Below, one piece after another: positions 55,748 to 64,000 of a stretch of 64,000 nt of DNA. Under the pieces are notes generated by a model, which worked only from the letters and a program-made list of their open reading frames with translations, was not told where the DNA came from and made no database searches. The translations under genes were made by a program, and so were the position numbers. Position 1 is the first letter of the stretch. Each line of letters starts with the position of its first letter. The DNA is from Candidatus Calditenuis fumarioli (GTDB lineage: Archaea > Thermoproteota > Nitrososphaeria_A > Caldarchaeales > Calditenuaceae): positions 1 through 64,000 of the forward strand of contig JANVYR010000003.1 in the NCBI GenBank assembly GCA_030059665.1. The letters run 5' to 3'.

Positions 55748-56026
55748 TCACCTGATGATCCTGAAGTCCCTGAACTCGCCCGTGGGCTCCTCGTACCTGA
55801 CCTCGACGCTCTCCACAACAGCCAGAGGAGGGCCGCGCCTGCACCACTCGACCGCCTCCCTCACGGCCTCCTCCTCGCCCTCGAAGACGGCCTCGACCCT
55901 GCCGTCGGGGAGGTTCCTGACCCAACCCGTAAGGCCGAGGCGGTCTGCGAGCTCCTTGGTGTGGGCCCTGAAGAAGACGCCCTGCACCCTCCCGGAGACC
56001 CAGACGTGGGCCCTTACCCTGGCCAT
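55748..56026 (-). CDS. acyP: Acylphosphatase
   Basis: [29 protein letters not shown]. Confidence 0.95.
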   Translation of the reverse strand: MARVRAHVWVSGRVQGVFFRAHTKELADRLGLTGWVRNLPDGRVEAVFEGEEEAVREAVEWCRRGPPLAVVESVEVRYEEPTGEFRDFRIIR

Positions 56027-56135
56027 CGCCCCCGCGTGATCAGCTCCTCTATTCTACCCTGCTCCACCCGCGTCGGCTGAAGGTCACACCGTCCTGGATA
56101 CTGCGGAGGACGCTGATATACGACGGCCCCTAATC

Positions 56136-57596
56136 GTGGGGAGGATGGAGGCCGCGTACGGAGGTTTCCTGCGGAGGTGCGCCGAGGCCGCGGAGAGGCT
56201 CTCCTCCCTCTTCCGTGAGAAGGCGAACGTGCTCGTGGTCGGACACAACGACGCCGACGCCCTCTCCTCGCTCGGGATACTCTGCGGCACCGCACATCTC
56301 CTCGACGCTACGTACGTGGCGGTCAGCGTACCGCGGATGGAGGAGGTCTTCGCGGACGAGTCGTACAGGGAGTTCGACGCGGTCGTCTTCGTGGACATGG
56401 GCAGCGGCTACCTGAACCTGATCGGAGAGCGGATCTCCGCGCCGGTGCTGGTGCTGGACCACCACAAACCCCTCCCGGTCGAGAGGCCTCCGAACGTCTT
56501 CCAGGTCAACCCCCACGACTTCGGGATCGACGGCTCGACGATGGTGAGCGCCTCCGGGGTGACGTACCTCGTATGCAGGAACGTGACCGAGGAGGCGAGG
56601 GTTTACTCTCCGGTGGCGGTTGTCGGGGCGCTCGGCGACCTCCAGGACAAGGACCACGGGAGGAGGCTCGTGGGGCTGAACGAGCTGGTGGTGAGGGAGG
56701 CCGAGGAGCTGGGGCTGATGAGGGTAGAGGAGGACCTGATCCTCTACGGGAAGGGGTTCAGGCCGATCCACGAGGCGCTGGCCTCTACGAACTCGCCCTT
56801 CCTGCCCGGGATAACGGGGAACGAGGCCGCTGCCCTCAAATTGGTCCTCTCCGCTGGGATCGAGCCCCGGAACGGCGACTCGTGGAGGACGATCTCGGAC
56901 CTGAGCCCGGAGGAGAAGGCGAGGCTCGTGGAGGCGCTGGCGTCGCACCTGAGCAGCGTTGGAGCACCCCAGTCTCTGATGAGCGAGCTCACCGGGTACG
57001 TCTACGAGCTAACAGGCGAGGAGCCCGGGACTCCCCTGAGGGACGCGAGGGAGTACGCGACGCTGCTGAACGCCTGCGGCAAGACCGGGAACGCCTGGAT
57101 AGGGATCTCGATCGCGATGGGCTCGAGGGGCTGGGTGATGAGGGAGGCGGAGAGGGTGCTGGCCGAGTACAGGTCCTCAGTGGCGAGGGCCATGGAGTTC
57201 GCGATGAGGAGGGAGGTGCGGGAGGAGATGAGGAACATAGTGGTCCTCAAGGGAGGCACGGAGATAGATCCGAGGCAGATCAGCTCGGTCGCCTCCATCC
57301 TCTCCTCGTCCAATCTGCTACCGCCGGACAAACCTCTGGTGGCGCTGGCACAGGAGGGAGGCATCGTCAAGGTCTCCGCGAGGGCATCTAGCGCGCTGGT
57401 CGAGCAGGGCCTGGACCTCGGAGAGGTGATGCGGGTTGCGGCCGAGAGGGTCGGCGGAAGGGGAGGTGGGCACAAGATGGCGGCCGGTGCGGAGTTCCCC
57501 GCGGACAGGACCACGCTCTTCCTCATCGAGGTCGACGGGCTCGTGGGAGAGGTGCTGGCGAGGGCGAGGGCCGGGAAGCAGCTGAGGCTGGTCTGA
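56136..57596 (+). CDS. DHH-family phosphoesterase (RecJ/GAN/Cdc45-like)
   Basis: HNDADA, DMGSG, LDHH, GALGDLQ, GGGHKMAAGA. Confidence 0.9.
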   Translation: MGRMEAAYGGFLRRCAEAAERLSSLFREKANVLVVGHNDADALSSLGILCGTAHLLDATYVAVSVPRMEEVFADESYREFDAVVFVDMGSGYLNLIGERISAPVLVLDHHKPLPVERPPNVFQVNPHDFGIDGSTMVSASGVTYLVCRNVTEEARVYSPVAVVGALGDLQDKDHGRRLVGLNELVVREAEELGLMRVEEDLILYGKGFRPIHEALASTNSPFLPGITGNEAAALKLVLSAGIEPRNGDSWRTISDLSPEEKARLVEALASHLSSVGAPQSLMSELTGYVYELTGEEPGTPLRDAREYATLLNACGKTGNAWIGISIAMGSRGWVMREAERVLAEYRSSVARAMEFAMRREVREEMRNIVVLKGGTEIDPRQISSVASILSSSNLLPPDKPLVALAQEGGIVKVSARASSALVEQGLDLGEVMRVAAERVGGRGGGHKMAAGAEFPADRTTLFLIEVDGLVGEVLARARAGKQLRLV

Positions 57597-57868
57597 TGAG
57601 GTCCTCCTCCACGGCGGAGATGAGGGTGAGGTTCTGCGACGAGGTCGAGGCCGAGGGCGCTCTGAGGTCGCTGGCTCCCGACAACGAACCGCTCCCCAAG
57701 GGCCTCTCGATCTCGATGGCGAGGGATGGGGTAGAGCTGGTGGTGAAGGTGGGCTGCGAGCGGGGAGTCGACTCGCTCCTGGCAACGCTGGACGAACTGC
57801 TGATGTCGCTCAACCTCGCCGAACGCGCCCTCTGCAGTCGCGTGAAGGGCTCGGGCTCCTCGGTCTAG
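57596..57868 (+). CDS. pcc1: KEOPS complex subunit Pcc1
   Basis: SLAPDN, SLLATLDELLMSL; coupled to the DHH gene as is common in archaea. Confidence 0.8.
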   Translation: MRSSSTAEMRVRFCDEVEAEGALRSLAPDNEPLPKGLSISMARDGVELVVKVGCERGVDSLLATLDELLMSLNLAERALCSRVKGSGSSV

Positions 57869-59112
57869 GCGAACCTCTCGGGCGAGAGGTCACGGAGGAC
57901 TTCTGGCTCCTTCCCCTCAATCATCTCGGCCACGATCTTGCCTGTGGCGGCGCTGAGGGTTGCACCGAGCCTGCAGTGCCCAGCGGCCACGTACAGGTTC
58001 TCCGTTCCCCTGATCTTGCCGACGACGGGGAGACCGTCGGGCGTGCAGGGCCTTGAGCCGACCCAGGTGATCCGGAAGCCGAGGCCCTTCAGGACCGGCA
58101 GAACGGGAAGTGCCCAGCGGCGCATCCTCTCGAACTTCGCGTTATCGGGCGGAGCCTCCGGGGAGGCCAGCTCGAAGTAGGAGGAGAGCCTGAACTCGCC
58201 GGCCCTCGTCTGGCCGACTATGACCCTCTGGTCCGCGCAGATGACCGGTCTTGCGAGCCTTCGCTCCGAGGGTTCGGTCACCGCCAGATATCCCCTGCCG
58301 GCCACCACCGGGACGTCAAGGCCCGCTGATCTCAGCACCTTTCTGGTCCAGGCGCCGGCGCAGACCAAGAGCACCTCTGGCCTCTCCCTTCCGTTACGGG
58401 TCAGCGCGTAGGCCCTCCCGTCCTCGATCCCCACCGAGTCGACGAAGCCCTCGATCACCTCCACGCCCCTTCTGCGAAGGGCATCCGCGAAGGAGTAGAC
58501 CGTCCGCTGGGGGTTGATCCACAGATCATCGGGGTAGTAGAGGCCGCCGACCACATGCTCCGAGAGGAGCGGTTCCATCTCCCTGCACTCATCGCCGTCA
58601 AGGACCCTCACCCTGTAACCGAGCTCCCGCGACTCCCGGGACCGGAACTCCGATTCGTGCTCGAAGTTCTCCCTCGATGCGAAGACCTCGATCGACCCGG
58701 ACTCGTTCAGCTCCGCATCTATTCCCTCCCTTCTGATCACATCGAGCCAGAGGCTCCTGCTCTCGAGGAGGAGGCGCTGGAGGACCCTCGCCTTGACAGC
58801 GATCCGACCGGATCTTACCTCCGAGACGTACCTCGTCAGCCACCCCTTGGGACCGATCTCCCTGAGCGCGAATGAGGGCCTGATCGAGACGTAGGAGTCC
58901 CGCCGGAGGGTTAGCCGGATCAGCTTGAGGAGCCCCATCACCTCAGGGACCGCCGTGATGGAGCCCTGGTGGATGATGCCCGCGTTGCCCCACGAGGCAG
59001 CCCTGCTCAGGTCGCCCGCGTACACCCTGACGCGGTAACCCAGCTCGTGCAGCCGATAGGCGGAGTGGAGGCCCACGAAGCCCCCGCCGACGATTAGGAC
59101 CTCCCCACCCAT
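57865..59112 (-). CDS. FAD-dependent D-amino acid dehydrogenase/oxidase (DadA-like)
   Basis: IVGGGFVG, ASWGNAG, GSRPCTPDGLP, GHCRLG. Confidence 0.88.
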   Translation of the reverse strand: MGGEVLIVGGGFVGLHSAYRLHELGYRVRVYAGDLSRAASWGNAGIIHQGSITAVPEVMGLLKLIRLTLRRDSYVSIRPSFALREIGPKGWLTRYVSEVRSGRIAVKARVLQRLLLESRSLWLDVIRREGIDAELNESGSIEVFASRENFEHESEFRSRESRELGYRVRVLDGDECREMEPLLSEHVVGGLYYPDDLWINPQRTVYSFADALRRRGVEVIEGFVDSVGIEDGRAYALTRNGRERPEVLLVCAGAWTRKVLRSAGLDVPVVAGRGYLAVTEPSERRLARPVICADQRVIVGQTRAGEFRLSSYFELASPEAPPDNAKFERMRRWALPVLPVLKGLGFRITWVGSRPCTPDGLPVVGKIRGTENLYVAAGHCRLGATLSAATGKIVAEMIEGKEPEVLRDLSPERFA

Positions 59113-59148
59113 CCAACGTTCTTTCCGCTGCAAGTGTATTAACTGTTT

Positions 59149-59275
59149 GCGGAGAGGTATCTGTGGTTCGCGGCGTGAAGCCCGGAGGAACGGCCATCTC
59201 GGCTGGGGGAAGGCCCTTCGGTCGGAAGGGGCTGGAACGCTCAGGGGACCCACGAAGATGGCTTATTCTAATCGC
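59149..59275 (+). ncRNA. Candidate structured RNA resembling a minimal RNase P RNA catalytic domain
   Basis: GAGGAA-CG-G-CCATC (59185-59198) pairs with GAA-GATGG-CTTA (59254-59265) as in P4; P2, P3 and P15-like helices occur in canonical order; found by eye only. Confidence 0.5.
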
Positions 59276-59302
59276 TGGGTCGATGTACGACGGCTGAGGG
59301 GC

Positions 59303-59869
59303 TTGAGGAGGGGCCTGTTGATCGGGAGGTTCCAGCCTTTCCACATAGGTCACCTGAAGGCGATCGAGCAGGCGGCCACCGAGAACGACGAAGTTATCGT
59401 CGGCATCGGCAGCGCCCAGTACAGCTACACGCTAGACAACCCGTTCACCGCTGGAGAGCGGATAGAGATGATCAGGATAGGCCTCAGGAGCGCGGGGTTC
59501 GATCTGGGCAGGTTCGTTCCTGTGCCCATACCGGACGTGGGGGAGCACCACCTCTGGATGAGCAGGGTGAGGGCCACGGTCCCGAGGTTCGACGTCCTCT
59601 ACACCAACAACCCCTTCGTCAGGCTTCTGGCGGAGGCCGCGGGCGTCAAAGTCAGGGAGCCGGTGCTGGTGGAGAGGGAGCACCTCAACGGAACCGGGAT
59701 AAGGGCTCTGATGATCTCCGGAGGCGACTGGAGGAGGTACGTCCAGCCGGAGGTGGCCGCTTACCTCGACGAGATCAGGGCCGAGGAGAGGCTGAGGATC
59801 ATCGCGGCGCAGCTGCCCACGTCCGAGCGGCAGGTCAGGGGTGGTCAGGCGGTTGGTCAGGGTAGTTGA
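59303..59869 (+). CDS. nadM: Nicotinamide-nucleotide adenylyltransferase
   Basis: GRFQPFHIGH, GSAQ, DNPFTAGER, NGTGIR; TTG start after GAGGG. Confidence 0.93.
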   Translation: MRRGLLIGRFQPFHIGHLKAIEQAATENDEVIVGIGSAQYSYTLDNPFTAGERIEMIRIGLRSAGFDLGRFVPVPIPDVGEHHLWMSRVRATVPRFDVLYTNNPFVRLLAEAAGVKVREPVLVEREHLNGTGIRALMISGGDWRRYVQPEVAAYLDEIRAEERLRIIAAQLPTSERQVRGGQAVGQGS

Positions 59870-60272
59870 GGTGACGCTGGAGGGGCTGCAGGGCCTCGAG
59901 GCGGAGTTCGCCACGAGGCTGACCGAGCGGCTGGTGGACGTCGGCGGGATGGCGCTGCCGAAGAGCGGTTCCGTCGCGATAGACCTGAGCTGGACGTCCC
60001 GCGAGGTGAGCGCACAGGAGCTCCTCAGGCTCTTGCGGTCGGTGCTGGAGGAGCTTGGGATAGCCGAGGGCTGCGAGGTCGTTCTGGACGAGGATCGCCT
60101 CGTGGTCCGGGCGAAGGACAGGGATGCTGTGCTGGAAGGTCTCAGGAGATCTGGTGCCCTTCGCAGGCCGCAGGCGGGGAGCGAGTTGCACCAGTGCCCT
60201 CACTGCGGCTACGTGACGCCGTACGAGGAGCTGCTGAGGGAGCACCTCAAGATCCACTACATCGGCCTATGA
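59841..60272 (+). CDS. Hypothetical protein with C-terminal C2H2 zinc finger (N-domain possibly eL22-like)
   Basis: CPHCGYVTPYEELLREHLKIH. Confidence 0.75.
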   Translation: MVRRLVRVVEVTLEGLQGLEAEFATRLTERLVDVGGMALPKSGSVAIDLSWTSREVSAQELLRLLRSVLEELGIAEGCEVVLDEDRLVVRAKDRDAVLEGLRRSGALRRPQAGSELHQCPHCGYVTPYEELLREHLKIHYIGL

Positions 60273-60273
60273 G

Positions 60274-60666
60274 CTAACCCCGCTGGCCCCTGCTCCTGAG
60301 GGACAGTATCGCCTTCGCGAGGTCCCCTCCCGCCTCGATCAGGGCCCTCCTCGCCTCCTCCTCCGTGACGTTGGCCTGGGCCGCAACGAGGGCCACGTCC
60401 TCCTCGGAGACCTCAACCGCCTGTGCGGGTTCCTCCGGTTCCCTGGGGGCCTCCGCCTCGCCCACCAACTCCTCGCCGCCGACGATCTGGTACATCCTTC
60501 CCATGGGCCCCTCGACCTGCACCACCGTCGCACGCCTGAGCGTGATCCTCCGGTCGCCGAGCTCTATCGTCACCGTTGCCTCTCCGAGCTCGTTGACCTC
60601 GATCCCCGCGGAGCTCAGGAGCCTCTCCTGCATCCTCCTCAGCGCCCTCGGCGAGACCTTCCTCAA
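60274..60666 (-). CDS. nac: Nascent polypeptide-associated complex protein
   Basis: PRALRRM, YQIVG, UBA-like EEDVALVAAQANVTEEEARRALIEAGGDLAKAIL. Confidence 0.92.
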   Translation of the reverse strand: MRKVSPRALRRMQERLLSSAGIEVNELGEATVTIELGDRRITLRRATVVQVEGPMGRMYQIVGGEELVGEAEAPREPEEPAQAVEVSEEDVALVAAQANVTEEEARRALIEAGGDLAKAILSLRSRGQRG

Positions 60667-60739
60667 CGCCCATCCCTCCTGCCAGCGCGCATATAGACGC
60701 TCTTCCTGCACAATAACAATTTTTATAGTGAGGTGGGTG

Positions 60740-60964
60740 GTGCCGATTCGCGGGATGTTCTCGGGCAGCAGGGACGAGCTGCTGAGGCCAGCGGTATCTC
60801 CGACGACGTTCCTGAAGTGCAACTCGTGCGGCACGGTTCACAGCAGGCCCTACCAGCAGGGCGATTACGTCTTCAAGGAGGTGGAGATGAAGTGCCCGAA
60901 GTGCGGCGGCGAGTCGATGACCATCGTGAGCATCCACGTTGAGGAGCAGAAGCAGCGCAGATGA
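60740..60964 (+). CDS. Small Zn-ribbon protein
   Basis: CNSCG...GDYVFK...CPKCGG; start uncertain (GTG 60740 or ATG 60755). Confidence 0.75.
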   Translation: MPIRGMFSGSRDELLRPAVSPTTFLKCNSCGTVHSRPYQQGDYVFKEVEMKCPKCGGESMTIVSIHVEEQKQRR

Positions 60965-60973
60965 GGTACCCTT

Positions 60974-61879
60974 TCAGGTGAGGGTTTCGCAGCCGTCCTC
61001 CCAAACGACGACGGTGTGCTCCGCCTGCGCCACCGGCTCGCCCGATGCCTCCACCAGCACAGGGTATCCTTTCACGATGCCGCGCCGGTAAAGGACCGCG
61101 TGGATCTCCCGGTCGACGTCGGGGAACCACCTGAGGGCGTAAGGGAGTCCCCTGGTCGACTCCAGCAGCCTCCTCACGACCGCCTCGTGCTGCGGCCCGA
61201 GACGTCTGGACCTGACCAGCGAGTCCTCCGAGACGCGGAAGATCTCGACCCGGTCGATGTGCTTGACCTGCCCGGCACCCCTTCGGGTGGTGAGGAAGGG
61301 CTCGACCGCGTAGACCTTCCCTGCCTCGAGCCTCCCCTCACCCGCTGGGACGTTGGGGATGGAGAGGCCGGCGTGGAGGTTGTAACGCTCTATCTGATGC
61401 CCCGAGAGGTTGGCTATGGGCCGATAACCGTACGAGGTGACGGCCCTGCTGATGACCTCGCCGACGGCGCTGACCCTGACGCCTGCCCGGATCGCCCTCA
61501 AGGCCTCCTCAAGGGCCCTCTCCGCCGCGAGCACCATCGCCTCGTCCGCTCCGGGAAGGGCAACTGTCACAGCGGTGTCAGCCACGAGCCCGTCGATCTC
61601 CACCCCGAGGTCCACCTTGACCAGACTTCCCCTCCGGAGCGCGTAGTCCGAATCAGGGTAGGGCGTGGAGTGGGCGGCAACCGCGTCGACACCGACGTTG
61701 CACGGGAACGCCACACCTCCTCCGAGCTCCCTGATCCTCTCCTCGACCCACGTGGCGATCTCCAGCGCAGAGGCTCCCTCCCTGACCCTGTAAACGACCT
61801 CGGACCTGACCTTCCTGGCTATCTCGCCTGCGGCCCGAAAGGAGTCGTAAACGTCACCATCAATCAAAGAGCGGCTCAT
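60974..61879 (-). CDS. map: Type II methionine aminopeptidase
   Basis: AFPCN, AAHSTP, KVDLGVEIDG..ADTA, NLSGHQI, AVEPF, AQAEHT. Confidence 0.93.
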   Translation of the reverse strand: MSRSLIDGDVYDSFRAAGEIARKVRSEVVYRVREGASALEIATWVEERIRELGGGVAFPCNVGVDAVAAHSTPYPDSDYALRRGSLVKVDLGVEIDGLVADTAVTVALPGADEAMVLAAERALEEALRAIRAGVRVSAVGEVISRAVTSYGYRPIANLSGHQIERYNLHAGLSIPNVPAGEGRLEAGKVYAVEPFLTTRRGAGQVKHIDRVEIFRVSEDSLVRSRRLGPQHEAVVRRLLESTRGLPYALRWFPDVDREIHAVLYRRGIVKGYPVLVEASGEPVAQAEHTVVVWEDGCETLT

Positions 61880-61910
61880 AACGGCTACCGTTCGGAGGCC
61901 CTGATCCCCG

Positions 61911-62075
61911 TCACTTCCTGGCCAGCTCCCGCTTCTTCCAGCGGAGGTTGTAGCTCCTGCACTTACGGCACTTCTCGGCCGTCGGGGGGTTCTTCGCACC
62001 GCACTTCCTGCAGATCTTGTAGTGTAGCCTCTTCATCTGGGCGAGCTGAATGAGGGAGGCGTCGAGCAGCGGCAT
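61911..62075 (-). CDS. rpl40e: 50S ribosomal protein L40e (54 aa, absent from the ORF track)
   Basis: Manual translation MPLLDASLIQLAQMKRLHYKICRKCGAKNPPTAEKCRKCRSYNLRWKKRELARK. Confidence 0.94.
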   Translation of the reverse strand: MPLLDASLIQLAQMKRLHYKICRKCGAKNPPTAEKCRKCRSYNLRWKKRELARK

Positions 62076-62113
62076 GCGCTACACCCTCTGATCCAGCACC
62101 ACCGACCAGCTCA

Positions 62114-63148
62114 TCAACGTATCACTTCCTCGAAGACCCAGGAGAGGTCCGGGCCCTTCCTTCCCTCCCTGAACTTCTCGTGGAGGGCGTGGGTGAGCAG
62201 GGGGAGGGCGATGGTAGCGTCGCAGAAGCACTGGGCCTTCAGGCTCTCGCCCGACTCCTTGCCCCAGCTGACCGCCTCCTCCAGCGTCGCCCCCGACAAC
62301 CCTCCCCAGAAGGGGCTGTCCGTCGTCACCTGAGCCGCGAACCTGTGGGGCCTCGTCGTCAGCAGGTCGCCCGAGAGGAGGACGTCGACCGAGACCGCCG
62401 CGAGCTGGATGAAGTCCTTCGGTACGCCTCCACCGATGAAGACGGCAGCGCTGTCGGAGAACCTCGACTTTATCGTGACGATCTGCTCGAAGTCCTTGAA
62501 GTGGTCCACGATGAGCCTGAAGTCCTTCTTCCTGTGCCTGTTCAGCAGGTAAGCGACGCCGAAACCGCTGTCGACGAGCGCCGGCGAGAAGACCGGCACC
62601 CTCCTCCTGTACGCCGAGGTGAGGATGCCGTCGATCCCCCTATCGCTGAGGTGTCTTCCCAGCAGGAAGAGGAGCTCAGCGGAGGAGTAGGGACCAGATC
62701 CGTCGAGGCCCAGCATGAAGTCGGCCAGCAGCTGCTCCATGCGCAGGTAGTCGCTCTCCCTGACGAAGACGTCGTGGAACCTGTAAACCCTCATGGCCCT
62801 GAGCTCCGCGTCGTTCACGTACGGCGACCCCTTCCAGTACCTGAAGCCCATCGCCTCCACCAGGTCCTCGGTGATGTTCGCACCGGTCGAGACCAGAACG
62901 TCCACGAACCTCCGCTCTATGAGCCACTTCACCATCTTCCACTGGCCTGCGGTGCTCATCGATCCGGCGAGCCCGAGGAAGATCACGGTGTCCCTCGCCT
63001 TGATCGCCTCCTCCCAGACCCTGAGAACCTCTCCGAGCGACCTGGCCTGGTACGCCGTGTCCCTCATCGCCTCCACGAGCTCCGAGATGTGCCGGTCACC
63101 GACCTCGATGGCCCTCACAGGCTCCGAGAACGGATCCCTGACCAACAC
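62114..63148 (-). CDS. dys: Deoxyhypusine synthase
   Basis: GLAGSM, STGANITED, GGGVPKDF, GGLSGATLEEAVSWGK. Confidence 0.92.
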   Translation of the reverse strand: MLVRDPFSEPVRAIEVGDRHISELVEAMRDTAYQARSLGEVLRVWEEAIKARDTVIFLGLAGSMSTAGQWKMVKWLIERRFVDVLVSTGANITEDLVEAMGFRYWKGSPYVNDAELRAMRVYRFHDVFVRESDYLRMEQLLADFMLGLDGSGPYSSAELLFLLGRHLSDRGIDGILTSAYRRRVPVFSPALVDSGFGVAYLLNRHRKKDFRLIVDHFKDFEQIVTIKSRFSDSAAVFIGGGVPKDFIQLAAVSVDVLLSGDLLTTRPHRFAAQVTTDSPFWGGLSGATLEEAVSWGKESGESLKAQCFCDATIALPLLTHALHEKFREGRKGPDLSWVFEEVIR

Positions 63149-63331
63149 TCACCGCAATCGACGTTCGAGCTGTGGCTTTAATGATTTGCGTCAGGAGCGG
63201 TCTTCCACGACATGGGTCACCGCACCGACCGTGCTGCAGGAGCGTAGTTCAGTTTCAACGGTCATTCTAACCCCCTGCGAATCGAATGGACCGCGAAAAT
63301 TGATTAGTCTGGAGAAGGGTTGACGGTGCGG

Positions 63332-64000
63332 ATGGTGGAGGAGCAGCAGCCGGTCAAGGAGCTGAGGCTGAGGGTCGCGGAGGCGCGGCAGAGGGACGTC
63401 GGTTACGGGATCGCCAGGATAGACCGGGAGGTGGGGGCTTCCGCTGGTCTCGCGACAGGCGACATAATCGAGATCAAGGGCAGGAAGCTCGCGGCGGCCA
63501 CGCTCTGGCTCGGGTACCTCGAGGAGGAGAAGGACATCATCCGGATCGACGGCTACATCAGGAGCAACGCCGGTGTCTCGCTCAACGAGTACGTCATAGT
63601 CAGGAAGGCGAACGTGAAGGAGGCCCAGCTGGTAGTCCTGGCACCGGTGAACAACACGATCAAGCCCGACGAGAACTTCACGAAGCTCGTCAAGAGCCGG
63701 CTGATCGAGTACCCCCTGGTCCAGAAGAACGTCATCCCGGTGCTGTTCTTCGGGAACCTCTTCAACTTCGCGGTCCTCCAGACCAGGCCCTCCGGAGTGG
63801 TCAAGATCACCCCGAAGACGAAGCTCGTCATCCACAGCAGGCCCGTCCAGGAGAAGACGCTCAGCACCAACGTCACCTACGAGGACATAGGAGGTCTCCA
63901 CGAGCAGATCCAGAAGATCAGGGAGATGGTGGAGCTGCCGCTGAGGTACCCCGAGCTCTTCCAGAAGCTGGGCATAGACCCGCCGAAGGGAGTCCTCCTC
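63332..64000 (+). CDS. cdc48: CDC48/VCP AAA ATPase, truncated by the window end
   Basis: Manual translation: [62 protein letters not shown]. Confidence 0.94.
   Translation, partial: MVEEQQPVKELRLRVAEARQRDVGYGIARIDREVGASAGLATGDIIEIKGRKLAAATLWLGYLEEEKDIIRIDGYIRSNAGVSLNEYVIVRKANVKEAQLVVLAPVNNTIKPDENFTKLVKSRLIEYPLVQKNVIPVLFFGNLFNFAVLQTRPSGVVKITPKTKLVIHSRPVQEKTLSTNVTYEDIGGLHEQIQKIREMVELPLRYPELFQKLGIDPPKGVLL

Noticed and set aside
59200-59240. SRP RNA or fluoride riboswitch identity for the nadM upstream element
   Set aside because: Lacks the SRP AGG-NNN-GNRA-NNN-AGCA helix-8 motif and length, and lacks the crcB GAUGG...CUGAUGAC pattern

Overview
GC-rich archaeal chromosomal window, densely coding and mostly housekeeping. 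Reverse gyrase points to a (hyper)thermophile. Crenactin, eukaryote-type GTPBP1, PolB2 and a multi-intron tRNA suggest the TACK group, most plausibly Aigarchaeota/Caldarchaeales (inference, not a database result). It encodes translation and ribosome genes (rpl3-4-23-2, rpl11, rpl1, rpl40e, eIF5A, deoxyhypusine synthase, SRP54, HflX, MBF1, NAC, Map), proteostasis genes (Hsp20, proteasome alpha, a SAMP-like protein, partial Cdc48), a molybdo-hydroxylase/amidase cluster, an H+-PPase, an ABC importer with a BNR-repeat surface protein, an orphan archaellin, PolB2 and crenactin. Three tRNAs were found: Ser-UGA, Ala-UGC and Gln-CUG with two BHB introns. A C/D-box sRNA candidate may guide tRNA-Leu(CAA) C34 methylation. 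The most striking unexplained signal is a ~115-130 nt element at 59149-59275 that reproduces the RNase P RNA catalytic-domain motifs and helix order but has no specificity domain. No CRISPR array, integrase or transposase was seen. Starts were adjusted by eye where the ORF track over-extends; no searches or folding programs were run.
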